DNA from: Bacteroidales bacterium
GTDB taxonomy: Bacteria; Bacteroidota; Bacteroidia; Bacteroidales; JAIPAH01
Length of the DNA stretch: 62,914 nt
Direction of reading: 5' to 3'
NCBI GenBank assembly: GCA_021738485.1
Contig: JAIPBX010000004.1
Coordinates: 1-62,914, forward strand
The notes under the pieces are model-generated. The model was not told the origin of the DNA. It ran no database searches and worked only from the letters and a program-made list of their open reading frames with translations. Made by a program: the position numbers and the translations under genes. Below are positions 39,024-48,506 of the stretch, in pieces. Positions within the stretch are counted from its first letter, which is position 1. Each line of letters opens with the position of its first letter.

Positions 39024-42000
39024 TTAAAAATGTATAATTGCAAAACGATTTCTGCCATCCATCTTAATTCCTAATGGCTCCTCTAACCTAACATGTTTAA
39101 AGTAATAAAGTTGTTCAAAAACTTCCAGACTTTCAAGCTTTTTCCAATCTATATAACAATTGGAATTATCGGAAAGAATGGAGAAATACCCCACATTCAT
39201 ACTGGTCACATTATGAAAAAAGTGTGATCCTGAGGAAGCATCCAATGGAAACCCTTTAAGGCCGGTTTCGACAATCACTTTCGCATTTGATATCTGGGGC
39301 CAGTTGACGGGGATTCCTATCCAGCGATCTCGTGTTCCCCATCGTCCCGGGCCTATCAACACGTATTTCCTGTTCTCCTTTTTCATCTTCTCGTTAATCT
39401 GATCTATTTCCTCAGCCATTTCCGGGGTTTTGGACTTATCAAAGCGTCCGCGGTCTATAAAAACCACGTCTGTAATACCTTCAACCACGCCATTACCCAT
39501 AATTCTTTCTGAATAAAGCAGGCGCTTTTCTTTCGGAATTTCATCAAGGTCAATCTTATAATGCTGCATTTTTCCGATAAGAGGTTTGATTTGAAGCAGG
39601 TAAAAAGAGGCTTTCCAGTCTTTATCTCTGTTCAAATCTACAGCAAACTCAATTTCCACCGGCGATCCCATCGCTTCTTCCACCACATCCAGAACGACTT
39701 CAAGGGTTTTGGCCAAGGGGATGTAGCGGTACTTAAGTATATCGGCAAAATTAATAATGCGGGGGCCGTATTTGCTAACTCCGGGATGAAGGGTTTCCGT
39801 TGCCAAATCATACACGGAAGCCGTATGCTTGAGGACACCATGTTTCTCCGCCATATCCAGATCCAGCCTTGCCAGGCTGGCTTCGTCACCCTGTTTTAAG
39901 TCAAACTCATCTTTGGAAAGATCCAGGGCCCAAAAATGAGTCTGAGAATTTTTTACCAGGTCTTTTGTGGAATTGATTTCGGCATCAGGGTATTTGGGAC
40001 AAAAACGATAGGCTTTTTCGCCTTCCACCACATGTTTCCCCAGTCCGATAGCGGCCACCACAAATCCATCATCGGGTTGCATGTGTGATATGGGATAATA
40101 GTTATAAGATTGAGCTACTCCGCTGATATGAGGGTAATAGTAATTATCATACTGATTACCGACAACTTCCTGAATAACCACAGCCATCTTTTCTTCTTCA
40201 ATCTTATAATCAATAGCATGAATATAACTCCGGGCGGTTTTGGAATATACAGAAGCGTAAACGAGCTTGATGGCATCGCAAAGCTGTTGCAGCCGCACCC
40301 TGAAGTTTTTATGATTATTGGGCAGGATAAACGTATCAAATATGCCGGCAAAAGGCTGCGTAAGCGAGTCTTCAAACAACCCCGAGGACCTGACGGCAAG
40401 CGGCTTATCGATTTTGCGAAGCAAGGCTTTCAGGCGCTTTATCAAACGATCCGTCAACCTGGATTTCAGGAACACCTCTTTGATATATTCATGATCGGTT
40501 TCTTCGAGAATATATTCGTAGAGCCCATTACGATTCATAAAATATTCAAACTCCTCGGTACCAATTATGGAAGTCTTGGGGAAGCTTATATTGATATCAG
40601 GAAGCTGTTTGGAAAAGTCAAAATTATTAATCAATGTATTTATAAAGGCAAGCCCCCTGCCTTTCCCGCCAAGGGCACCATCGGCCAACCGTATGATATT
40701 GCTGGGATCGAGAATAGCCGATTCCTCAAAGGGTATAATTTTTCCTTTATTCTGCTCATTCCTGAACTTGGAAATCACGTCAAGCATATAGCTTCGGATT
40801 TCATCTGCCGAATCAAAATCCGAGACATTATGAGGGCTGAGGATTCTGGCGGCTTGTATTTCACCCCTGGCCATCAGCCAAAGCGAAAAGTGATTTTTCT
40901 TTCCGTGATAGATAAGCGAGTCATCGGGAATCGTCCGTAAACGTTGCTCAAACTCTTTCAATGATTTCGCCGTAGCGATTTGTTTCCCTTCTTTATTACG
41001 ATAGATGAAATTACCAAAGCCCAGATGATAATTAATAAAACTTCTCAAGTCCTGCTCCAGTGTCTCCGAGGATTTATTAATAAAGCTTGCCCTGTATTGA
41101 TAGGCATGCTTAGAATTTTCCGGGTTGGATGACTGGATGACAATGGGCAATGAGCCATCCATATCACGAATTTTCCGCACCAACTCAAAACCCGCTTCGT
41201 CCTTGACTGTATCATCCTTTTTAAACTTCACATCCGAGATCAGGCAAAGCATGTACTCCTTGTACTTCCTGTAAATCCTCATGGCCTCTTCATAATCGGT
41301 GGCATGGAGAATTTTGGGCCTTGCTCTCATGCGCAGCACTTTATAAAGTTCGTCGGTACTCACATCCTCTATAATGCGGCGGGTTTGTTCCATGAGGATT
41401 TTGTAAAGGATAGGCAGATATCTCGAATAATACTTCGGCGAATCTTCCACCAACAAAATAACTCTTACCAAACCTACCTGGGTGTCGTTCTCTACATTGA
41501 TTTTATCCTCCACATTTTTAATCATGGAAAAGAATACTTTCGACTCTCCATTCCAGGCAAAAATTTTGTCAATAACACCTTCATTTCCCAATTCCTTTTC
41601 CACCATGCCGATATTGCTGTTGTTATTCAACAAGGCGTGGATCGGGATATAAGGATACGCATTCTTTACCTTGCGGGCCATATCCACCGGCGTCTTAACA
41701 TCCAGGCCTACCATAAAAATAATCAGATCGAAATGCTTTATACTCATTTCGTGCTCAAGTTCCTCTTCGGAGGAAACCCCTGTAATCCGTGGCATAGAAG
41801 TGAGGTTCAACTGGTGATACTCGCCAAGGACATGCTCCGAAAAACGCCCTTCGCGTTCAATGGTAAAGGCATCATAAAGATTCGCAAAAAGGAGAATTTC
41901 TTTCACTTTAAAAGGCATCAAATCATGGTAAATATCGCGGTTATAGTTGCTTTTATTCAAAAACCGCCGCAGTAGTTGCCGGTTAGTAATTTTCTTTTTT

Positions 42001-42473
42001 CCTTCCTGAACGCTTCTGGGTATCGGCTGTGATTGCTCTTTAAAGCTATATAACTCCTTAGCCTTAAGGCTGTTAATATAACCGCATATCATTTCGGCGA
42101 GATTTTTAATTAAATCTCTCTCTTCTTTAAGGAAGGGGCCTTCATCGAGAGTCACAAACTGCTTGGTATAGTATACTTCAATCGATCCGACCTTATTATC
42201 AATCGTTACAAAACGCTCTTTCTGCGACCATTCGGTTATTTCAAAATCCCGTGTACGGAATTCTTTACCTCCATACCTGATACGCGCAACCGTATATTGG
42301 GGATACTGCCATCCCGGGGGTATAATTCTGCATATTTTGGACAGGGTCTCATCGATTGATTTCCCTTCTGATAGAATATTAGTGGTTTTGTTGATTGTAG
42401 CCAGCTCCTTGGTGCGTTCCCTGTTTTCCGCTATCAGTTCCTCTATATGATTTGTGTCTTTGTTTTGATTCAT
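39024..42473 (-). CDS. PEP/pyruvate-binding (PPDK_N ATP-grasp) domain protein with N-terminal sensor-like and receiver domains
   Basis: GGKGRGLAF, LAVRSSGLFEDS, FAGIF, MAVVIQE, EIEFA, LLQIKP; receiver ILLVEDS...ISDV; N-terminal PPGWQYP...EGPFLKEER domain; C-terminal SGSHFFHN. Confidence 0.85.
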   Translation of the reverse strand: MNQNKDTNHIEELIAENRERTKELATINKTTNILSEGKSIDETLSKICRIIPPGWQYPQYTVARIRYGGKEFRTRDFEITEWSQKERFVTIDNKVGSIEVYYTKQFVTLDEGPFLKEERDLIKNLAEMICGYINSLKAKELYSFKEQSQPIPRSVQEGKKKITNRQLLRRFLNKSNYNRDIYHDLMPFKVKEILLFANLYDAFTIEREGRFSEHVLGEYHQLNLTSMPRITGVSSEEELEHEMSIKHFDLIIFMVGLDVKTPVDMARKVKNAYPYIPIHALLNNNSNIGMVEKELGNEGVIDKIFAWNGESKVFFSMIKNVEDKINVENDTQVGLVRVILLVEDSPKYYSRYLPILYKILMEQTRRIIEDVSTDELYKVLRMRARPKILHATDYEEAMRIYRKYKEYMLCLISDVKFKKDDTVKDEAGFELVRKIRDMDGSLPIVIQSSNPENSKHAYQYRASFINKSSETLEQDLRSFINYHLGFGNFIYRNKEGKQIATAKSLKEFEQRLRTIPDDSLIYHGKKNHFSLWLMARGEIQAARILSPHNVSDFDSADEIRSYMLDVISKFRNEQNKGKIIPFEESAILDPSNIIRLADGALGGKGRGLAFINTLINNFDFSKQLPDINISFPKTSIIGTEEFEYFMNRNGLYEYILEETDHEYIKEVFLKSRLTDRLIKRLKALLRKIDKPLAVRSSGLFEDSLTQPFAGIFDTFILPNNHKNFRVRLQQLCDAIKLVYASVYSKTARSYIHAIDYKIEEEKMAVVIQEVVGNQYDNYYYPHISGVAQSYNYYPISHMQPDDGFVVAAIGLGKHVVEGEKAYRFCPKYPDAEINSTKDLVKNSQTHFWALDLSKDEFDLKQGDEASLARLDLDMAEKHGVLKHTASVYDLATETLHPGVSKYGPRIINFADILKYRYIPLAKTLEVVLDVVEEAMGSPVEIEFAVDLNRDKDWKASFYLLQIKPLIGKMQHYKIDLDEIPKEKRLLYSERIMGNGVVEGITDVVFIDRGRFDKSKTPEMAEEIDQINEKMKKENRKYVLIGPGRWGTRDRWIGIPVNWPQISNAKVIVETGLKGFPLDASSGSHFFHNVTSMNVGYFSILSDNSNCYIDWKKLESLEVFEQLYYFKHVRLEEPLGIKMDGRNRFAIIHF

Positions 42474-42520
42474 AGCTTTTGGTTCCCTCTTATTTATTAG
42501 ATGAAAATACAAATTTTCAG

Positions 42521-42528
42521 TATTTTTG
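42521..42528 (+). promoter_or_regulatory. -7 promoter box (TATTTTTG) for the LuxR regulator, within a divergent promoter region
   Basis: Exact TAnnTTTG about 30 bp before ATG 42561; only 87 bp separate the two divergent starts. Confidence 0.5.
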
Positions 42529-42560
42529 CTACACTATTTAACGTTTTTATTTGTGTATTT

Positions 42561-43202
42561 ATGATTAGAGTACTCGTTATTGATGAACATCAGTTGGTTT
42601 GTGATGGAATAAAGTCTATCCTGCAACAAACCGAGGATGTCCAGGTCATTGATTGCATTTCCCATCTTTCCGTACTCATGCCCAAGCTAAATGCGCTTTC
42701 CAGCCATATCCTGCTTATTAATATTTATACAATGGATGAATTACTGATCAGTCAAATACAAAAAATCTGTAAAAATCATCCAAGTATCAAGGTTCTTATT
42801 AACACAATGCATAATAATGAATATTTTATCCTACGTACTATTAAAGCAGGAGCTAATGGCTACCTCAGCAAAGACGACGGCGAAAAAGAGTTGAAGGAGG
42901 CGGTGTACACTTTGCGAAACGGTTATGATTTCAATGGCCGGACGATATCGAATATCCTGCTTTCCAACTATCTGAAGGAACACAACTCTGACGACCAGGG
43001 ACTGGCACAGCTCACACACCGTGAGCGGGAAATTATCCGGTTATTCGGCGAAAGCTACACAAACAAAGAAATTGCCGAAGAACTGTACATCAGTGTGAGA
43101 ACAGTAGAGTCGCATAAAAATAATATCATGAAAAAAATCAACCTCAAAACCACGGTTGATCTGGTAAAGTTTGCCATCAAAAATGATATTATCCAGTTGT
43201 GA
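42561..43202 (+). CDS. NarL/LuxR-family response regulator with atypical receiver
   Basis: IRVLVIDEHQLV, GANGYLSK, HTH LTHREREII...NKEIAEELYISVRTVESHKNNIMKK; phospho-Asp position is Asn. Confidence 0.9.
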   Translation: MIRVLVIDEHQLVCDGIKSILQQTEDVQVIDCISHLSVLMPKLNALSSHILLINIYTMDELLISQIQKICKNHPSIKVLINTMHNNEYFILRTIKAGANGYLSKDDGEKELKEAVYTLRNGYDFNGRTISNILLSNYLKEHNSDDQGLAQLTHREREIIRLFGESYTNKEIAEELYISVRTVESHKNNIMKKINLKTTVDLVKFAIKNDIIQL

Positions 43203-43249
43203 TAAACCTGCTCCCGCATTTTTTATTTAAGATGGAAAAACACAAGATT

Positions 43250-43984
43250 ATGTCATTTATTATTACACTTTACACGAGAGAAGGCATTGTAATGGCTTCC
43301 GACAGCCGTTTAACGCTCAATGCGCAACAAAAAACATCCCAGGGAGAACAGACCCTATTAGCGGCAGGGATGAGCGATTCGAATTATAAAACATTCCTGG
43401 CCGCTGGAAAAATTGGTCTCTCAACATTCGGAAAGGCGGATATTAAGGGCGCTCCGGTAAGCGGATATATTGATACATTTATCCGCGAACATCTTTCACC
43501 GGAGGCTACCGTAACACACTTTGCTAAAGAATTAAATCAGCATTTCAGAACATTTGATCCTTTACCTGATGTCGGATTCCACGTAGCCGGTTATGAAAAA
43601 ACGGATAATGGCTTAAAACAAATGGTGTACAAAGTCTTGCCCTATCGCAATAACGTAGAACTTGTCAATCCCGACCGACCCAACGGGGAGCCTTCTCACG
43701 GGGCCACATGGGGCGGGGAAGGTGATATTTTAGCAAGATTATTACAACCTGTTTATACGAAAGATAATACTGGTGACTATAAAAAAATGCCTCACTATCA
43801 AATTCCCTGGCATTTTTTCACGCTTCAGGATTCGATAGATTTTGCCGTCTATGCCATAAGAACAACCATTGATTCGGTGCGGTTTTTACCCCGGCCAAAA
43901 ACAGTGGGGGGTCCGATAGATGTTTTGGTCATTAAGCCCAATGAAACCATTTGGATCGCACGAAAACAATTAAAGAAAACCTGA
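43250..43984 (+). CDS. Proteasome-beta-like Ntn-hydrolase fold protein, uncharacterised
   Basis: Start at ATG 43250 gives M-S1FIITLYTREGIVMAS-D17-S-R19; later YKTF, HVAGY and TVGGPIDVLVI. Confidence 0.65.
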   Translation: MSFIITLYTREGIVMASDSRLTLNAQQKTSQGEQTLLAAGMSDSNYKTFLAAGKIGLSTFGKADIKGAPVSGYIDTFIREHLSPEATVTHFAKELNQHFRTFDPLPDVGFHVAGYEKTDNGLKQMVYKVLPYRNNVELVNPDRPNGEPSHGATWGGEGDILARLLQPVYTKDNTGDYKKMPHYQIPWHFFTLQDSIDFAVYAIRTTIDSVRFLPRPKTVGGPIDVLVIKPNETIWIARKQLKKT

Positions 43985-44157
43985 TATAACGAAAGACTTA
44001 TTCAGGTTATTCATACGGATTTTACTCATAGGATTTGCGAGTTTCTCGGAATTTTCTTCGGTTTATGATGTTTTCTTGCCCAATTGTTTACAATTCCACT
44101 TTCTATTTCATAAACTTGAATCAAAATTCATATTGAGTAAAACCAAATCAACAAATT

Positions 44158-45513
44158 ATGGCTAATGTATTAGAACAAAAAGTTAATGATTTCATGGCGA
44201 AAGTTATCGCCAAAAACCCCAGTGAAGTGGAATTTCACCAGGCAGTTCATGAAGTTGTCGAATCGCTGATTCCCTACATCGAGGAAAATCCGAAATATAA
44301 GGAGGCTAAAATCCTTGAACGTATGGTAGAGCCGGAAAGGGTGATCATGTTTCGTATACCCTGGCTCGATGATAAGGGAGAAATTCAAGTCAATAAAGGC
44401 TTCAGAATTGAGATGAACAGTGCCATCGGGCCTTACAAAGGCGGGCTGCGTTTCCATCCTACGGTCAACCTGGGGATATTGAAGTTTCTCGCCTTTGAAC
44501 AAGTTTTTAAGAACAGCTTGACGACCCTCCCTATGGGCGGCGGAAAAGGCGGCTCCGATTTTGATCCGAAGGGAAAATCCGATAATGAAGTGATGCGGTT
44601 CTGTCAGAGCTTTATGACTGAACTTTATCGACATGTGGGGCCAAACACAGATGTGCCTGCAGGTGATATTGGCGTTGGAGGGCGCGAAATCGGGTACTTG
44701 TTCGGACAATATAAGCGCCTGAAAAATGAATTCACCGGCGTTTTAACAGGCAAAGGCCTTGAATGGGGCGGCAGTAAAATCCGTCCGGAAGCTACCGGTT
44801 ACGGAGCCACCTATTTTGCCGAAGAAATGCTCAAGACTAACATGAATGAAAGTCTGAAAGGAAAAACCGTTGTGATTTCAGGCTCCGGGAATGTCGCCCA
44901 ATTTGCCACACAAAAAGTAACCGATCTTGGCGGCAAAGTGGTGACCCTGTCCGATTCGGGTGGATTTATTTACGATCCGGATGGTATTGATACCGATAAG
45001 CTGAATTATGTCATGAACCTCAAAAATGTGAAGCGTGGCCGCATTCAGGAATATGCTGAGAAGTACAATGCAGAATATCATGAAGGACAAAGACCATGGG
45101 GTATTAAATGTGATGTTGCTTTGCCGTGTGCCACACAAAATGAAATCAACGAAGAGGAAGCCAAAACACTGGTAAACAATGGCTGCCAGGTAATTAGCGA
45201 AGGAGCTAACATGCCTTCCACCTCCGAAGCCGTAGAGGTTTTCCAGAACAACAACATCCTTTATGGCCCTGGAAAAGCCGCCAATGCAGGTGGCGTAGCC
45301 GTATCGGGTCTTGAAATGTCACAAAACTCATTACGTCTTTCATGGTCCGGCGAGGAAGTGGATCAACGCCTCCACGCTATCATTAAAGACATTCATGAAA
45401 CATGTGTCAAATTTGGCAAGGAAGACGACGGAAGTGTTAACTACGTCAAAGGTGCCAACATCGGAGGTTTTGTTAAAGTAGCGGATGCTATGCTTGCCCA
45501 GGGAGCCGTTTAA
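44158..45513 (+). CDS. gdhA: Glutamate dehydrogenase (NADP-specific GdhA type)
   Basis: GPYKGGLRFHP, PMGGGKGGSDF, DVPAGDIGVG, RPEATGYG, GSGNVA, KAANAGGV. Confidence 0.97.
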   Translation: MANVLEQKVNDFMAKVIAKNPSEVEFHQAVHEVVESLIPYIEENPKYKEAKILERMVEPERVIMFRIPWLDDKGEIQVNKGFRIEMNSAIGPYKGGLRFHPTVNLGILKFLAFEQVFKNSLTTLPMGGGKGGSDFDPKGKSDNEVMRFCQSFMTELYRHVGPNTDVPAGDIGVGGREIGYLFGQYKRLKNEFTGVLTGKGLEWGGSKIRPEATGYGATYFAEEMLKTNMNESLKGKTVVISGSGNVAQFATQKVTDLGGKVVTLSDSGGFIYDPDGIDTDKLNYVMNLKNVKRGRIQEYAEKYNAEYHEGQRPWGIKCDVALPCATQNEINEEEAKTLVNNGCQVISEGANMPSTSEAVEVFQNNNILYGPGKAANAGGVAVSGLEMSQNSLRLSWSGEEVDQRLHAIIKDIHETCVKFGKEDDGSVNYVKGANIGGFVKVADAMLAQGAV

Positions 45514-45583
45514 AAAGCCCGAAAGGCGAGTACACGTTCCTGTAAAAATCTCGTTTCATTATTGCGTCTATTGCTATCAACTT

Positions 45584-45619
45584 AAAAGCCGGCATAATTT
45601 CAATTATACCGGCTTTTTT
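45584..45619. terminator. Bidirectional intrinsic terminator
   Basis: AAAAGCCGGCATAATT-TC-AATTATACCGGCTTTTTT between convergent gdhA and the gld operon. Confidence 0.8.
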
Positions 45620-45629
45620 CTCAATATCG

Positions 45630-46730
45630 TTATCGCATCTCCACTTCCTGGAACCTGCGACGCTTCTTAACTTCATAATCACCCGTAAAGTAGCCTATGG
45701 GTTTTAAAATCTTATCAAAGACAAAATACTGCACCAATACCAAATCGTTCCCTTCATTTATGGTAGCATACATCCGGTCGGGGTCATAGCCGAGTGGCTT
45801 GCCCTGAATATTTTCCCGCTTTTTGGGAGTTTTCTTCTTATATGTTTTGACGTGCTGTTTATCCCCATCTTTCTCCTTGAGATGAATATCGTATAAAGGT
45901 TCCTGTGAGGTGAGCGAATCTTTTTTATGGTCGGGTAAATGATTCAACCAGCTTTCAAAGCGTAAATCATTATAGGCGGTCAAATACTCAATCACTTTGA
46001 TAGTATCAAACGCGGGTACATATTTTTGTTTGGAAATATCATAAAGCTTAAAGCTTCTGCTGCCCTCTGCTTCTATACGATACGACTTTTCAGGTTCTTT
46101 ATGAAATTTCATAGTCAGTGACTTAATCTCTTTGATGTCGCTGCGAAAAATATTGTGCCCCCGCCAGTCTCTGAACCTCGCTGTAAAGCGTGTGGAGACA
46201 AAGCCTCTGAAACCCGGAATGCCAACCACATAGGGCTTGTCAGCCCCTTCCATAAGCATGTAGGTGCCCAATTTATCTTTTGTTTCTCCCCCGACAAAAA
46301 ATGTCTTTGTATTCTTCTCATATGGAAATAACTTTACTTTATCAAACAGGTTGATATGGTAACGCTGCTGGTACACCTCCACTTTTACGGATCTTGATGC
46401 CAGGCGCGATACCACACTATTGTGTTCGGCATTGGACACGGGATGATCAATCGCCAGTTTGCTAAGGGTCTTAAGCAGTAAGTCCACACTCTCCTCCTGG
46501 GCTTGTAACGAATCGTTCAATAACCATTTCCCCTTCTGTTTCCGTGTCAAAAGCACCTGGTGGTCATCTTTATCGGCAAGGAAAATTTTGGTTACCGATG
46601 CCGTATCTTCAATGGCAAAGGCATTCTCCTCCCGGTTCAGAGTAGTGCTCTTTTGTGAGAGGATCAGGCCAACAGCCAAAAGGAGTAAAACTCCCGTGAC
46701 TAGTAATATCATCAAATTCTTTCTCTTCAT
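45630..46730 (-). CDS. DUF4340-like membrane-anchored protein of the Gld ABC operon
   Basis: N-terminal TM helix, position directly after gldG, IPGFRG...DWR motif. Confidence 0.65.
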   Translation of the reverse strand: MKRKNLMILLVTGVLLLLAVGLILSQKSTTLNREENAFAIEDTASVTKIFLADKDDHQVLLTRKQKGKWLLNDSLQAQEESVDLLLKTLSKLAIDHPVSNAEHNSVVSRLASRSVKVEVYQQRYHINLFDKVKLFPYEKNTKTFFVGGETKDKLGTYMLMEGADKPYVVGIPGFRGFVSTRFTARFRDWRGHNIFRSDIKEIKSLTMKFHKEPEKSYRIEAEGSRSFKLYDISKQKYVPAFDTIKVIEYLTAYNDLRFESWLNHLPDHKKDSLTSQEPLYDIHLKEKDGDKQHVKTYKKKTPKKRENIQGKPLGYDPDRMYATINEGNDLVLVQYFVFDKILKPIGYFTGDYEVKKRRRFQEVEMR

Positions 46731-46742
46731 TATCGTTATAAT

Positions 46743-48485
46743 TTAGTTACGGGTATATTTTCTTTTTCTGAGATATATACGAATCATCCCAAAAATAATC
46801 ACTAATAAAACAGGAACTACAGTATTCAACAGTTGCAATTCAACTCTTGACTCCTTAATCCGGCTTTTATCCATCAGCCGTATTTTAAAGTCTTTAGCGC
46901 GGGCCGCCAGGATTCCTTCCTGCCCGGTTAAATAATTGATCGTATTCAATACCAAATCCTTATTCCCATAAGTCTTTTGCGTAAACTGATCGTAGCCCAG
47001 AGGCAGCGGATATCCCCGACTGTAATGCAACTGATTTTCTATAATATCCCCGTCTGAAAAAACAACCATACTTGTGGCACGGCTTTTCTTGCGAAAATCA
47101 ATAATCTCACTATCCATAATCTCCTGGGGCACGCGATTATGAAACAAAGAACTGAATTTCCCTTCAAGGAGCATCGCTATGGATTGCGGGGGTGCCGAAA
47201 ATTCCGCTTTGTTGGGTTTTTTCTGCATCAACTCCAGTGAAATCATCACCGGTGTATTTAGCAATTTCGTATATTGAGAAGACCTTAGAAGCGTAGTCTT
47301 CTTTACATCATTGCTTTTTACCTGATCCAGTGTACTGACAAATTCAGTCCTCACGTTATTCAGGTTAGCCACAATGGGATGATTTTCTTTAGGGACAATC
47401 ACCGGAAAATAATACCAGGGGAAAAAATTCTGCTTCGGCTCGCCTCCAAAACTTTCTGACATTATCGGTAAGGAAGCGCAGTTCAGATCCTGAACAAGAT
47501 TAGTATTTATACGAAAACCATAGTTAAAAAACATATCCTGCAGATTCAGATCTTTAGCCAGGCCCATAGTCCTTGCCGACTGCCTTAAACTATCCATACT
47601 GGCAGATACCTGATCGACAAACCACATCACTTTACCTCCATGCATAATGTACTGGTCGAGGATAAATTTATCCTTCTCCGAAAACGCTGAATCAGGTTTG
47701 GCCACAATGATTACATCATATTTGTTTTCTACGATGGGCTTGCCTGAATCCACCGGCTTACGTTTGGTAAGGGCATTTACTTTCCCTTCGGGATTCACTC
47801 TTTCCACCGAATAATACTCCTTGAGCGATTGAGTAATATCCTGCGTTTTTTTCTTTCCAAGCTCTCCATGGCCGGTAAGGAAACCCACCTTTTTCTTTTT
47901 TCCGGCAATAAGTTTTTGAATAACATTGGCCATATTATATTCCAGGTTTTGCACCGATTTATTCAGAGCTTTTTCAGGATTTTGCCCCCTTTGCGAAACC
48001 AGAAACTGAACGGGTATCTCTTTGTTACGATAAGAAACAATGGCACCGGGGAAAATAATCTTTTGCGAAGAACCTTGTTCGTCGGACATGCGAAGAGTTG
48101 TGGGTGATAAGCCTTTACGGCTCAACTGCTGATAGAATTTTTGTTGTTGTTCTTTATCACCTACCTCAGAGGGATTAATAAATTCATATTCAATATTTTT
48201 ATTATATGCTCTGAATTCATTGAGCATTTCCCTGGTTTGACGCTTAAGCCTCTTAAACCCGGCCGGAAAATCGCCTTCCAGGTAGACTTTAAAAAAGACA
48301 ATATCATCTACTTCATTCAGCATTTCCTTAGTATCATCCGACAGGGAATAGCGGTTTTGTTCGGTAAGATCCAGGCGAGCAAAAACAAACTTGCCAATGA
48401 TGTTTACCAGAATAATAATGGCGATAGCCAAAACCAACTGTAGTATATTGTTTTTCTTCTGTTTGTTAGAAAACTGTAATGCCAT
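46743..48485 (-). CDS. gldG: Gliding motility-associated ABC transporter component GldG
   Basis: RLDLTEQNRYSLS, VYLEGDFPAGF, GHGEL, DQYIMHGG, PLGYD..T...YGN, C-terminal TM. Confidence 0.92.
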   Translation of the reverse strand: MALQFSNKQKKNNILQLVLAIAIIILVNIIGKFVFARLDLTEQNRYSLSDDTKEMLNEVDDIVFFKVYLEGDFPAGFKRLKRQTREMLNEFRAYNKNIEYEFINPSEVGDKEQQQKFYQQLSRKGLSPTTLRMSDEQGSSQKIIFPGAIVSYRNKEIPVQFLVSQRGQNPEKALNKSVQNLEYNMANVIQKLIAGKKKKVGFLTGHGELGKKKTQDITQSLKEYYSVERVNPEGKVNALTKRKPVDSGKPIVENKYDVIIVAKPDSAFSEKDKFILDQYIMHGGKVMWFVDQVSASMDSLRQSARTMGLAKDLNLQDMFFNYGFRINTNLVQDLNCASLPIMSESFGGEPKQNFFPWYYFPVIVPKENHPIVANLNNVRTEFVSTLDQVKSNDVKKTTLLRSSQYTKLLNTPVMISLELMQKKPNKAEFSAPPQSIAMLLEGKFSSLFHNRVPQEIMDSEIIDFRKKSRATSMVVFSDGDIIENQLHYSRGYPLPLGYDQFTQKTYGNKDLVLNTINYLTGQEGILAARAKDFKIRLMDKSRIKESRVELQLLNTVVPVLLVIIFGMIRIYLRKRKYTRN

Positions 48486-48506
48486 AAATCCCTCCTTTCC
48501 GAGTAA

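Noticed and set aside
39024-42473. True PEP synthase or pyruvate phosphate dikinase
   Set aside because: The C-terminal pyruvate-binding barrel is absent.
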